In this document: positions 1 through 10,971 of the stretch, one piece after another | Numbering within the stretch: the stretch's first letter is position 1 | Layout of the letters: each line of letters begins with the position of its first letter | NCBI RefSeq assembly: GCF_004010195.1 | Contig: NC_057718.1 | Location: forward strand, 37,664,236-37,684,235 | Reading direction: 5' to 3' | Source of the DNA: Chiloscyllium plagiosum | Taxonomy: Eukaryota | Length of the DNA: 20,000 nucleotides | Position numbers and translations under genes: made by a program | The notes under the pieces: generated by a model | Seen by the model: only the letters and a program-made list of their open reading frames with translations | Database searches by the model: none | What the model was told of the DNA's origin: nothing

Positions 1-582
1 ACAAACACAGTTGAGGCAGAGATGAAACAATCCAAAATTAAAGCCTGAGGCACTGTGGTGATATGACGTCAATTTATAGACAGGGTGGAGTCAGCTTGTT
101 TATCAGTTGTGTGCAATCTCTGTCGGCTCTTTTCTTATGGGTGGTTGCGTGGTGGATTCTATTGCAAGATCACAAAGTGTATGCATTCCTCATATGTGGC
201 ATGAAGCTAAACAAAATGGTGGGCTGTCTGTGTGAACTTAGATACTATCTGTAATCCAATTAGACAATTTCATTTTGCAATAGAGAGCACGCAACTAAGA
301 TCTTCAAGTATTGTTTTATTTTGATTTTATTACAGAGATAAAATGATTTCCTGTTCCCCCTTCTCAAAACATACAAATGGATCAAAGCACTGCATTGTCA
401 AGCAATCAATCTCACTGAGTTTTTAAAATCAGCTCTTTCACTGGTAAATAATATTTACTAAAAAAAAATCACCTAAGTTATTGATCAATACAGTTAGTAA
501 TGATGAAGTAAATACTTCTTTTATTCCAATGTGGTGTTGTAATCTTTTCTAAATTTAAATTCTGACTTCATTTCAGAAGTTC

Positions 583-650
583 TTCATTAGTTGTAAACTG
601 CTTTGGGATGCCCTGTGGTTATTAAAGGCGCTATATCAATGCATCTTTTT
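583..650 (+). mobile_element. 3' tail fragment of an L2-tailed SINE/LINE (DeuSINE/L2-like)
   Basis: ttcattagttgtaaactgctttgggatgccctgtggttattaaaggcgctatatcaatgca resembles the conserved L2-type 3' end (tgtaaagcgctttggg...aaaggcgctatataaatgca); recognised from memory. Confidence 0.55.
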
Positions 651-740
651 AAGTATCTCATATTTCATATGCACTATTCAAACAATTTGAGAATGGACAT
701 CTTCTTACATCTGAATGTTGAAATCATTTTTTTGTTCTGA

Positions 741-1037
741 GGGCACGGTGGCTCAGTGGTTAGCACTGCTGCCTCACAGCGCCAGGGTCCTGAGTTCGAT
801 TCCAACCTCGGGTGACTGTCTGTGTGGAGTTTGCACATTCTCCCCGTGTCTGCATGGTTCTCCGGTTTCCTCCCACATTCCAAAGATGTGCTGGTTAGGT
901 GAATTGGCCATGCTTAAATTGTCAATTAGGTGCGTTAGTCAGAGGGAAATGGGGTTTGGGTGGGCTACTCTTCGGAGGGTCGGTGTGGACCTGTTGGGCC
1001 GAAGGGCCTGTTTCCACATTGTAGGGAATCTAATCTA
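741..1037 (+). mobile_element. HE1-like V-SINE (tRNA-derived), near full length
   Basis: Pol III A box TGGCTCAGTGG (749-759) and B box GAGTTCGATTCC (792-803); V-domain core tgtgtggagtttgcacattctccccgtgtctgc; CR1-like tail ttgggccgaagggcctgtttcc; ends in (aatct)n. Confidence 0.9.
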
Positions 1038-1070
1038 ACAGTATAATTGGCGGTTTTGGAGTGAGAGGCG

Positions 1071-1192
1071 GAAGTGGGGACTGCATCTGCTGGAGATTAG
1101 AGCCGAATGTGTGGTGCTGGAAAAGCACAGCAGGTCAGGCAGTATCCGAGGAGCAGAAAAATCGACATTTCAGGCAAAAGTCCTTCATCAGG
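1071..1192 (-). mobile_element. PLE-like terminal-repeat element, copy 1 (single arm, diverged), with degenerate hammerhead core
   Basis: Similar to the copies at 9495, 10156, 10972 and 19120; minus strand reads cCTGATGAaggacttttgcctGAAATGTCgatt; flanked by ggttttggagtga (1052-1064) and ggttttgaagtga (1191-1203). Confidence 0.75.
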
Positions 1193-1237
1193 TTTTGAAG
1201 TGATACCTACTTGAATCATCAATTTTCTACTCATACA

Positions 1238-2005
1238 GTCAGATAGTCATAAAGCACGGAAACAGACCCTTCGGTCCAATCAGTCCATGTCAAACATATT
1301 CCCAAACTAAACTAGTCTCACCTGTCTGCGCTTGGTTCATCTCCCACAAAACTTTAGGAAGAGGGGAAAGATATAAAAGAGACCTATGGGGCAATATTTT
1401 CATGCAGAGGGTGGTGCGTGTATGGAATGAGCTGCCAGAGGAAGTGGTGGAGGCTGGTACAATTGCAACATTTAAGAGGCATTTGGATGGGTATATGATT
1501 AGGGAGGGTTTGGAGGGATATGAGCTGGGTGCTGGCAGATGGGACTAGATTGGGTTGGGATATCTGGTCGGCATGGGCGGGTTGGACCGAAAGGTCTGTT
1601 TCCATGCTGTACATCTCTATGACTCTATGACTCTACTCATCCAGATGTCTTTTAAACATTGCAAATGTATCCACATCCGACACTTCCTCTGGAAGTTCAT
1701 TCCACACACAAAATACTCTCTGTGTAAAAACCTTCTTCTCTCACCTTAAAAATATGCTTGCTTGTCTTGAAATCCCCTGCCATAGGAAAAAGACACCTGC
1801 CTTTCACCCTATCTAAATCCCTCATGATTTTGAACACATCTTTAAGGTCACTCCTCAACCTCCTACTCTCCAGTGAAAAAAGCCCCAGCCTATCCAGCCT
1901 GTCCTTATAACTCAAACCCTTCCATTCCTGATAACATCCTGGTAAATCGTATCTGAACTCTCTCCAGCAAAATAATATCCTTCCTATAACAAGGCAACCA
2001 GAACT
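1238..2005 (-). mobile_element. CR1/HER1-like LINE 3' fragment, interrupted by a plus-strand CR1 fragment
   Basis: ORF 1697-1915(-) MSYKDRLDRLGLFSLESRRLRSDL is a typical CR1 ORF2 C-terminus; reverse-complement 3' tail (gaaacagacccttcggtccaa) at about 1259-1279. Confidence 0.85.
1354..1634 (+). mobile_element. CR1/HER1-like LINE 3' fragment (5'-truncated)
   Basis: Highly similar to 4935-5213; ends in a (ctatgact)n tail. Confidence 0.9.
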
Positions 2006-2588
2006 CCTCTTTATCTGCTGGGAGTTGCTACCTAAACATTATACTGGAGAGCCTTGTACCTCATCTTTATTGCCAGTCCAAAGTGAGGAAAACAACAACT
2101 GGAGAACTTTACCATGGATCAGATGTGGGCAGTGTCAGTGGATGTGGTTGTGTGCCAAATGGCCATCAAAAATTTGGGATCTTAAAATTTAAGTTGTAAA
2201 GCTTTCAGCTGCAGTTTAGAGTTACCTAAGAATTTAAGCTTTCATGTACTGAGGATGTTTATGCTGCTAACTCAAATTTTGCCTGTTCTCCACTGGGCTT
2301 AGTGCCCAATGTGGTGGTCTTTGTCAAAAATTGGAATAGGACACTTAGCCCCTGTTTATAATTACATTGAAACATCAACCAATTCATTTTTCCTTTTCAA
2401 TCAAGGGCTACATTGAACAAAAACTCATTTGTACAGCAAGTTTTTTTAAAAAGTTTAAATTGAACATGAATTTAGTTTCGAAGATCCGACCTCTATTTTT
2501 GATCAGTTAATAACGTGGAAAGTCATGCCTTTTAAATTGTCCCATGAACAAGGGAAAGATAGTTTCAGGAAGACAGGTAGTTGCTTAC

Positions 2589-2640
2589 TGCTGGAAACCT
2601 TTTCAATAGTATGATCAAAATTGACCTCAGTCCTTGCTCC
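2589..2640 (-). other. Candidate 52-nt exon of an unidentified minus-strand gene
   Basis: cattttataattag|GGAGCAAGG...GTTTCCAGCA|gtaagc; phase 0 reads GARTEVNFDHTIEKVSS, phase 1 reads xSKD*. Confidence 0.35.
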
Positions 2641-3868
2641 CTAATTATAAAATGATTTCGGTAATGTTTTTCCCTTGTGCAGTGTATATCCAAAATACAT
2701 AAAGCAGTATATTTAGTGCGTAAATGGATAAAAGGTACGAGCAAAAAGCCCAATTGCTTCCCCACCCCTGCACAGAAGCACTCAAGAAAATATCTTCAAC
2801 TGGTTGCTTAGAGGGTGAATTTGCACAGAAAGAAAAGTAGATTTTTAATTGTCGTGGTCTAGTCCACTATGTCCAATTAGCTATTCTAAGTGATCTGCTG
2901 GCGCCCTTCAGGAGATCTATTCTCACTTGTAATGCTGAGTCCAATCCTATCCCACATTCCTGCCACACTGTGAGGAGTTCTCATTGCTTGCCCCACCCAG
3001 TCCACTGAATGTTGTCTTGGAAGGAGCAAATGGAAGTTTTATCTCTGACTCAGCCTGCTGGACTCCCCACAACTCACCCTCCAAACACTCCAAGGCAACA
3101 GCGACTCTTGATTACCCTGCTATGATCCCTTTTATATAGTTTCACTGAAGTAGATTGTCATGTGAACTTTATTTCTGCAGAAATATTCGACAAAAATATT
3201 TGTATAAATTGCTATGTTTCCTATGTTTCAGAAATAGGTTCCTGGCTATAAACTAAATAAAATGCCTTTCAGCCTACTCTGAACATTCAGAGGATATGAT
3301 ATTTATAATGTAAATACAAATACATTTTATTTTATGGCTAGTCAGGCAGAAATCTTAATGATCTGTCAGGGAATCACAGAAACGAAAGTTTCCGCCAGCA
3401 CTAAATGTTCACCACCCCAATCTGTAATTCAGATATGGGGATTCTGGTGAATTGACAGATACTGTAGTGAGTTTACAGGTGAAACTACACATTGTCTAGT
3501 CAAGGGGTTCTTCTCATTCGCTATGGGAAACAAACTCACATATTGTTGCAGTGTTAAATCAGATGCCGCAAAGAGGGACAATGCCATTTTCTGCCTGAAA
3601 CAACTGCAATCATTACACGTTTGGAGGCACAAACTCTCAAGTTATGCAGACTCTTCATCTGTAGTGTCTGGCAAAGAAGGCCTCAATACTTTTTAACCCT
3701 AAGGTTCCATGATCCAAAGAAAGCAGTTGGTTTTGGCACCAAAGGTCATCTTCACAAATCTCAACAGAATTAGTCTGGATGAAGTTCACTGACCTTACTA
3801 GGGCAGCCAAGGTAAAAGGAACAATGACATCTTATAACACTGCATATATTCCAATTAAACTACCTTAC

Positions 3869-3889
3869 CTTCACTATCTTAAACACCGT
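3869..3889 (-). other. Candidate 21-nt microexon
   Basis: tttcccgttatgtttag|ACGGTGTTTAAGATAGTGAAG|gtaagg; strong AAG|gtaag donor; phase 0 TVFKIVK, phase 1 xGV*, phase 2 xRCLR*. Confidence 0.45.
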
Positions 3890-4364
3890 CTAAACATAAC
3901 GGGAAATAATATCCGTCCCAAAACCTTCCTTCTACTATATGTATTCCTCACTCACAGCCTAATATGGAGGAAGGTACATTTTGAACAGAGCCAGACAAAG
4001 GATTATTTGCCAAGAGCTGTGGTTGTTGTGGAGAAGTGATTGTTGTCACAAATGAATGAGCTAATATGTTTGCTTGAATAGTAGAACTCGCAATGCCATT
4101 GAATCTTATTTTGGGGAAACTACACTTATTGGCCACAAGTGCACCCAGATGTCTCTTTCTAATTGCCTGCTTACATTAGTGCCCTTCTTAATTTTGTCTC
4201 TTCTTTCTTTACATCATCCAGTCAGGAGAATCTGTAACAGAAACACTATTACTTCCAGTGTTATTTGCCTGAATGTTAAGAAGTGCCTCACTGTATTCAT
4301 AGCACTTTGAAAAAAGAAACACACTTGGATAAAATACACTGGGCTGAAAATTCTGAAAAGTTCG

Positions 4365-5213
4365 CTGAGCCAGTGGACTGATGAGTGGCAGATGCAGTTT
4401 ACTTTATGTAAATGCAAGGTGCTGCATTTTAGAAAAACAAATCAGAGCTGGACTTGTACAGTTAATGACAAAGTCCTGGGGAGTTTTGCTGAACAGAGAC
4501 CTTGGAGTGCAGGTTCATAGCTCCTTGAAAGTGAAGTCGCAGGTAGATAGGATAGTGAAGAAGGTATTTGGTATGCTTTCCTTTATTGATCAGAGTATTG
4601 AGTGTAGGAGTTGGGAGGTCATGTTGCAGCTGTACAGGATGTTGGTTCGGCCACTTTTGGAATATTGCATGCAATTCTGATCTCCTTCCTATTAGAAGGA
4701 TGTTGTGAAACTTGAAAGGGTTCAGAAAAGGTTTACAAGGATGTTGCCAGGGTTGGAGAATTTTAGCTTTAGGATGAGGCTGAATAGGCTGGGGTTGTTT
4801 TCTCTGGAGCATCGGAAGCTGAAGGATTACTTTATAGAGGTTTACAAAATCATGAAGAGCATGGATGGGATAAATAGACAAAGTCTTTTCCTTGAGGTGG
4901 GGAAGTGCAGAACTAGAAGGCATAGGTTTAGGATGAGAGGGGAAAGATATAAAAGAGACCTAAGGGGCAACTTTTCCTGCAGAGGGTGGTGCATGTATGG
5001 AATGATCTGCCAGAGGAAATGGTGAAGGTTGGTACAATTGCAACACTTAAAAGGCATCTGGAAGGGTATATGAATAGGAAGGGTTTGGAGGGATATGGGC
5101 CAGCTGCTGACAGGTGGGACTAAATTAGGTTGGGATATCTGGTCGACATGGTTGAGTTGGACCGAAGGGTCTGTTTCCATGCTGTATATCTCTATGACCG
5201 TATGACTCTATGA
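4365..5213 (+). mobile_element. CR1/HER1-like LINE, ~850 bp 3' fragment with a degenerate ORF2 C-terminus
   Basis: Translations RDLGVQVHSSLKV...LYRMLVRPLLEYC and LERVQKRFTRMLPGL...RLNRLGLFSLEHRKL are CR1 ORF2 motifs; frameshifts and stops present; (ctatgac)n tail. Confidence 0.92.
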
Positions 5214-5329
5214 GTGTCAATTTCATGGAATTTCATGGAGAGTTTCTCTTTGTGAGGTCTAGTAAGTTTGCATGCACATTTCTATGCTGCACATTAGCTA
5301 AGCACCATCCCCCATAGCACAACTCTATC

Positions 5330-5870
5330 TTGTGTTTACCAGCAGCAGATCATCTCACTGCTGCTGGCACCTTCTGGCATTCTTGCCATTGGCACCATAT
5401 TTAAAGCCCAGCTTTGTGCCAATCCAAATGCTGCCTTTTACAATTTTAGTGTAAGAAGATTTGCCTGAGAAATGGCTGGCTGAGGCAAGTTGGCACTTAC
5501 AGGGAGCTGGAGGTCCTGGTAGATGGAGTGGAGGACAGGAGGGCTGTTCTCTTTCCTCAGGACTACCAGAAGAGCCCATAGTACCAAACATTGCTAGCCT
5601 GCTCTGAAATGACCACTGCTGGAAAGCTCATCAACTCTGGAAGAAACTTAATGACCTCTGCACTCCGCAGGGGCTAGTACCACCCTCTTGACTTTGCTAC
5701 CTCACAATCACTCCAACTCTGCCACTGCATACAATCCCAACAAGACTCATCATCAACCACTTTTACTTTTATATGCCACATCTTCCCCTAATGTAATAAA
5801 TTGCAGCCACCCGGCACCCACTCAGAATTCCATGCAATTGTCTCCATCCCATTTCTCTCCACTGCATGAA
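5330..5870. mobile_element. Old degenerate DNA-transposon-like (possibly Harbinger-derived) repeat
   Basis: GC-richer block containing the motif ggcaccatatttaaagccc, which I recall from shark non-autonomous elements; no termini resolved. Confidence 0.25.
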
Positions 5871-6054
5871 TAATAGTAGAATGCATATAAATGAGGTGGG
5901 ATTATCTAATAATGAGGTGCTAATACATGAAGACCAGACCCTTACCAATCACTACATGATTCTGATCATTACATTCTTATGAGCAAAATCAACTTTATTT
6001 TCTCAAAGTTGAGGATTTTTTTTTAAAATTTACTGTAAGATAGATAGAATCCTG

Positions 6055-6177
6055 ATGAGTAGGGGAATCAGGAGTTGAGGATAGGGCTGGAAAGTGGATG
6101 TGAGGAATGCTGGATCAGCCATGATCCTTTTGAATAGCAAAGCAGATTCGAGGCCCAAATGGCTTCCTCCTGTTCTA
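6055..6177 (+). mobile_element. Short CR1 3' tail fragment (different subfamily)
   Basis: ggatcagccatgatcctt...gcagattcgaggcccaaatggcttcctcctgttct matches the CR1 3' hairpin pattern. Confidence 0.7.
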
Positions 6178-6359
6178 ACTGCTGGGAAAATTCAGCTCAG
6201 TATCTTAATAAAATTGCTTTTGGTCTAACAAGAAGAAAATCTTCTGCATTCAGGCATTAGTTTCTCAAGGGCATCACAGGCAGCAAAGAGGTAATTTCAC
6301 AATCAAACATTAATACATCATTTAAATATACTTTGTATCAAGTCACAAAATGCACTTAC

Positions 6360-6438
6360 ATCTCAGCAAGGAAATAGAAGAGTTTTGTCTGGGTGGTATT
6401 ACTCCCTACCCTATTTTAACCCTGAATTCTTCACAAAG
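6360..6438 (-). other. Candidate 79-nt exon with stop codons in all frames
   Basis: ttttcttttgtttattatcag|CTTTGTGAAG...TGCTGAGAT|gtaagt; strong pyrimidine tract and consensus donor; LCEEFRVKIG*, xL* or xFVKNSGLK*. Confidence 0.45.
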
Positions 6439-7205
6439 CTGATAATAAACAAAAGAAAAGCTAGGTGTCTTTGATTCAGCCTGATTAATTTGGCCCATTA
6501 TTCCATCACTCCTTCCAGACACACTGGGCGGGAACTTTACACTTTGCACCTCATCAACACTAGTGAGTTGCTTGAGGGAAAAAAACAAACAATAATTGAC
6601 AAAAAATGGCACAAAGCCCATGAGAACTTAGTATGAACATAAAAAGACATGGCTAAAATACATTTATGCTGTTACTGTTTACTGTACGAGCTCCATGACC
6701 TTCAGGATGCTTGCTATTGCTTGCTATTGCTGATCAACTATGGACATCCAATTGAAACAGACTCTCCTGCTCACCACGACTGCAGAAAACCATCAGCCTC
6801 AAATTCACTATTACAGATTAAAGTGAGGTGCCTATCCATTTCCATCAGAATATAAATCTACTACATTCCTGATAATCTTAGACTCCCCTCTTTGCCTCGT
6901 CTGACCACCCAGTTACCACATCCAATTATCCAATCAACAATGAATCCCGGAGCATCATGCACAGCCTTAAACATGACCAAACCCATTTAGCATTGCTTAA
7001 TAAAGACACTACAACACTCCTGCAGCAGTAGGCAATAATGAAAAACAAAGAGGAAGCCCAAGATATATTTTTAAAATGTTTGGTGACAAACATTTCTAAT
7101 CCTTTCCTATTTCAAATTATATTCAAGATTGTAAATATTATTTTTTCATAGCTGCAAAGTTTCTTAAAGAGAAATCAATTGGTATTGGGGTCGCCTGATT
7201 GCCTT

Positions 7206-7561
7206 GGGAGGTGATATTGAAGTGGTCATGTCACTGGACTAGTGATCCAGAATGCCAGCTTCATGTTCTGAGGATGTGGCTTGAATCCCACTTTAGCAGA
7301 TGGTAAAATTTGAATTCAGTAAATATCTGAAATAAAAAGCTAGCCCCGTAGCAACCACCTAACCATTGTCGATTGCTGTAAAAACTTATCAGGTTCACTA
7401 AAACCGTTCAAGGAAGGAAATCTGCCATCCTTTCCTGGTCTGACCTATATGTGACTCCTGACCCAGAGCAATGTAGTCAACTCTGAACTGCCTTCTGGTC
7501 ACTGAGGGGTTAGCAATAAATGCTGATCTAGCCAGTGCTGCCCATATCCAAATAATGAATA
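7206..7561 (+). mobile_element. tRNA-derived SINE with LINE-like tail (old, diverged)
   Basis: Head gtggtcatgtcactggactagt...ttgaatcccac; tail gcaataaatgctgatctagccagtgctgcccatatcc; homologous to 10880-11460 in reverse orientation. Confidence 0.8.
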
Positions 7562-7936
7562 CATTGGTTTTCAGAATGCCCTGTGACATTTAACAGTACA
7601 ATATTGGTTCTCAATAAATCAGTAACAGTATCTGGAAATACTTGATAACCCATCAGAGTCAGAGCAGTCATTGTATATCATACAGAACCGGTATAAAAAT
7701 GGAAAATGTGAGATCCGGCCCTGAGCTTTTAGAAAGCACTCAGAAAATAATGTCAATCACACAACGAATGTTCATACATCATTAATTGGAAGAATTAGAT
7801 CTTTGTTATTTATAAAGTATACATAGCCAACATTCACATTATGTTCTCCCAGCTGACCAACAGATCCTTGAATGAATTCCCCAGAGCGTGGACAAAAATT
7901 AATAACCATAAAACATAAAAATGACACATTATTTAC

Positions 7937-7981
7937 CTAGCACGCCTGTCTGCTCACCAAAATTGTTCACCATCTGGATTA
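7937..7981 (-). other. Candidate 45-nt frame-preserving exon
   Basis: tcattttccctccttccag|TAATCCAGATGG...GGCGTGCTAG|gtaaat; excellent acceptor; phase 1 is open (xIQMVNNFGEQTGVL), phase 2 reads xNPDGEQFW*. Confidence 0.55.
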
Positions 7982-8572
7982 CTGGAAGGAGGGAAAATGA
8001 GGCAAATATTTTGACAGTTTGACACCTTCCATAACTCATTCCTATGTGCATGTATTTTAATATGTGTCATTATGCTTCATTTGAAATAGCAACTGCATTA
8101 ACTATCTACAGTGCGTATAGAATGAATATACCACTTAGTTATGCATCTCCCAGAATGAACATATTACATTAAAGTGCTAACCTTCTTTACATGTTTTTTT
8201 TAGAGAGCACATTCAAAATCACACTAGAATAAAACTACATTTGTAATTCCTCCAAAAATATCCTGGTCATTCTCCTTTGACTACTTAATTGACTATTACA
8301 CAAAATGGCAGGTAGGGTCAATTTAGATTGCACAAGGCTTCCTCACAATGTTTTAGCAAAATTACTCCTGTCTCGACTTCCTGTCATTTCATTTTTCAGC
8401 TGTCACCTTTGATAACATAGTGACTTGAATTTCATGCTGTCGTATACTCAAAGGACACACTGTTACACATTTGGATCTTCGCTGTACATGTTACTCAGGA
8501 TACTTTAATGTCTATAATCCAGACTGCCCGTTAAGTGAAGTACGCTCAGGAAAAGTAACTTTTCTCTGTTGT

Positions 8573-8619
8573 TCAATCTATCCTGTACATCCACAGCCAT
8601 CTTCGCCCATCACAGTAAT
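8573..8619 (-). other. Candidate terminal exon start (acceptor followed by an early stop)
   Basis: ctttaatgttactctgcag|ATTACTGTGATGGGCG...; phase 1 xYCDGRRWLWMYRID*, phase 0 ITVMGEDGCGCTG*, phase 2 xLL*; repeat-free, CpG-containing context. Confidence 0.35.
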
Positions 8620-9360
8620 CTGCAGAGTAACATTAAAGTTAGTTTAGGTTCCAGATGCTAAGTAAATTTATTAAACAGTAGATAAACAAACAAATAAATC
8701 ACATATATAATTGTAGTTATGAAAAAATAAATTTTAAATAACAACTCTTCAAAATTAGAAAAATATTATAAGGTTTGCCATTTGTACCCTCCCCTCAGGG
8801 CTGCTATGTTAACAGACATTTTTTAATAATGGTCATTTCCAACTCTGTCCTCATCTATGCTCCTTAATTAGAATGAAACCAGCTTCTGCAAATAGCAGTG
8901 GTTCAAGGGTTGAACAGCCCTTCCACCTGGAGTGGGTTTTTGGAACTACAAAAGCAATACATTTTTGTGCATCTAACGTACAACTCCAACCTCACAGATT
9001 GCAAGGTCCTTCTAGAACTTGTGCTCCCTGTCCTGTCAGCTGTCTGTTCACACCAGAAACCGATGCTTCAGATAGCTAACTTCATTTAATATAAATAGTC
9101 TGGCTTCAGGAGAAAGCAGCTGGTCCTGACATCATACAGCTCAGTCTGTACCAAAAGGCAACAAGGCTGCTGACAGGTTTTTTGCTATGACGGAAGGGAA
9201 CAGAGAAGTCAAAGGGCAGCAATGTTTGTAGCCAAATGTGTTCGAACAACAATGGGATCAAATAGCGAGAAAGCCCATATTACTGTCACCTTAATCCAAT
9301 TTATTTTATTCCTCTCTATGGGTGATATGCACCTGTTCTCAGATCTTTGCTTCCTCTTTT

Positions 9361-9468
9361 CTTTCACTCAGGTGCTGTGAATTTCACTGGCTGGGCCAAC
9401 GTTTACTGTCTATTTCAGATTCCCTTAAGTAGGTGAGGGTTAACTTTCTTCTGAACAGCCACAATCCA
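9361..9468 (-). mobile_element. Degenerate LINE 3' end sharing its tail with the SINE at 7206-7561
   Basis: cactggctgggccaacgtttactgtctatttcagattccctt is the diverged reverse complement of that tail. Confidence 0.5.
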
Positions 9469-9494
9469 GTTCCTTTCCACTGATCAATCACAGG

Positions 9495-9661
9495 GAGAAA
9501 GTGAGAACTGCAGATGCTGGAGAGTTAGAGTCAAAAAGTGTGGCGCTGGAAAAAAAACAGCAGGTCAGACAGCATCCAAGAAGCAGGAGAGTTGGTGTTT
9601 CGGGCATAAGGCCTTCATTCCAGCCAGACCTACTGTGCTTTTCCAGCGCCACACTTTTTGA
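9495..9661. mobile_element. PLE-like fold-back element, copy 2
   Basis: Perfect 23-bp inverted repeat at 9531-9553 and 9639-9661; degenerate direct repeat actgatcaatcaca (9479-9492) / acagatcattcaca (9662-9675). Confidence 0.8.
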
Positions 9662-10155
9662 ACAGATCATTCACAACCTAGAGAAGGGAGCCAGGAGGAG
9701 GAGCAAAAGGAAGAGAAGGATGAAAATGAGGAACATTGATGATCAAGGAGGAAGCAGAGACAGGTCTTTCCACATCTTGAAACAGTCCCCTCTTTCACCT
9801 TATCAGTCCACCAGTTCAGAACATCGAGCAGGTTACTGAGGAAGAGAATGTTTGTGGTGATGGGGATCAGATCAGGAGAGTAGTGGAGTTGTATGAGGAT
9901 GGTGAAGAAAGATGATATGAATGTAAGAATTAACACAAAAGGTGAAGTGAGGTAAAGGAGTGAGAAACAGAAGAGGGTGGCTCAGCAGAAAATGCTAAAT
10001 CTGGGATTCTCAGTGGGCAATGATTATGGAAATAACCTACAATGGACATGCTAAACAAACAAAGCACAAGCCCAGAACCAGCAGCATTATTGAGCAGGGC
10101 CATTAAGACTGACCAGTGTTTTAGCTGTAGTAAAACTGGACATTGCATTAGAGAT

Positions 10156-10366
10156 TAAAGTGAGGTCTGCAGATGCTGGAGATCAGAGCTGAAAATGTGT
10201 TGCTGGAAAAGCGCAGCAGGTCAGGCAGCATCCAGGGAACAGGAGAATCGACGTTTCGGGCATAAGCTCTTCTTCAGGAATCAGGGCTTATTCCCGAAAC
10301 GTCGATTCTCCTGTTCCCTGGATGCTGCCTGACCTGCTGCGCTTTTCCAGCAACAGATTTTCAGCT
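10156..10366. mobile_element. PLE-like fold-back element, copy 3, with a perfect 15-bp TSD
   Basis: About 82-bp inverted arms at 10186-10267 and 10286-10367 (2 mismatches); cattgcattagagat at 10141-10155 and 10367-10381. Confidence 0.9.
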
Positions 10367-10971
10367 CATTGCATTAGAGATCACAGTCAGAATAAGAAAG
10401 GAGAGCTGTAAAGTAGTTGATTGTGGGAAACAGGGATGCAGACGTAAAACTATTTAATGAGTATGAGAGAATGTTGCACTGAATTTCAGCACTTCACCAT
10501 CTTTTCCTGTAATATCCTGAAACTGATCATAGCAATTCTGCCATTACGGCATGAATTAGTCATCTCAGAAAAGCCTTCAAGACAATTCAAACCTCCCCTG
10601 CCCAGTGATGTCTTCTGACAGATAAGGGAAGTTCCGCTATGGAGGATTGGAATGTGGCAACAGCCACACTTTCTGCTTACAGAGCATCCTCTTCTTTCCA
10701 GGGTGACTTCTGTCTTTCAGGCAGGGCACTTAGCAGTTATATAGTCAACCCATGGTACCTTAAAGTGATGACGGCCTGGGAAGCAGTGGAGAGGGCCCTA
10801 GAGTCTACGAAATGGTTTTTTTGAGAAAAGTTATCAGGCAATCACAACAGGAAGGGCCCTTGGAAAAAAGCTTTTTTTACTAATTCTTTCATGAAATGTG
10901 GATCTCATTGGTGATTTGTTGCCCATTTCCAAATGTACTTGAAATGATTGGCTTGCTAACTTTTTCAGAGG

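Noticed and set aside
64..71. Perfect CRE palindrome TGACGTCA
   Set aside because: A single 8-mer with no CpG island or promoter context; could be chance
741..815. tRNA gene
   Set aside because: A and B boxes belong to a SINE head; no complete cloverleaf or Pol III terminator
3948..4136. Protein-like minus-strand ORF ending at a gtgagt donor, and a plus-strand acceptor near 3957
   Set aside because: No matching acceptor/donor pair that I could support; shows that chance splice-like signals occur here
4381..5180. ORFs of 99-153 aa as host genes
   Set aside because: Sense and antisense translations of a decayed CR1 ORF2 and its 3' UTR
9680..10000. Purine-rich block and the ORF 9501-9839 basic stretch
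   Set aside because: Probably an old antisense L2-like fragment or low-complexity DNA; too degenerate to call
10186..10367. MITE or pre-miRNA interpretation of the hairpins
   Set aside because: Arms are asymmetric with variable junctions and long, sequence-variable TSDs, and single-arm copies exist, which fits a retroelement origin better
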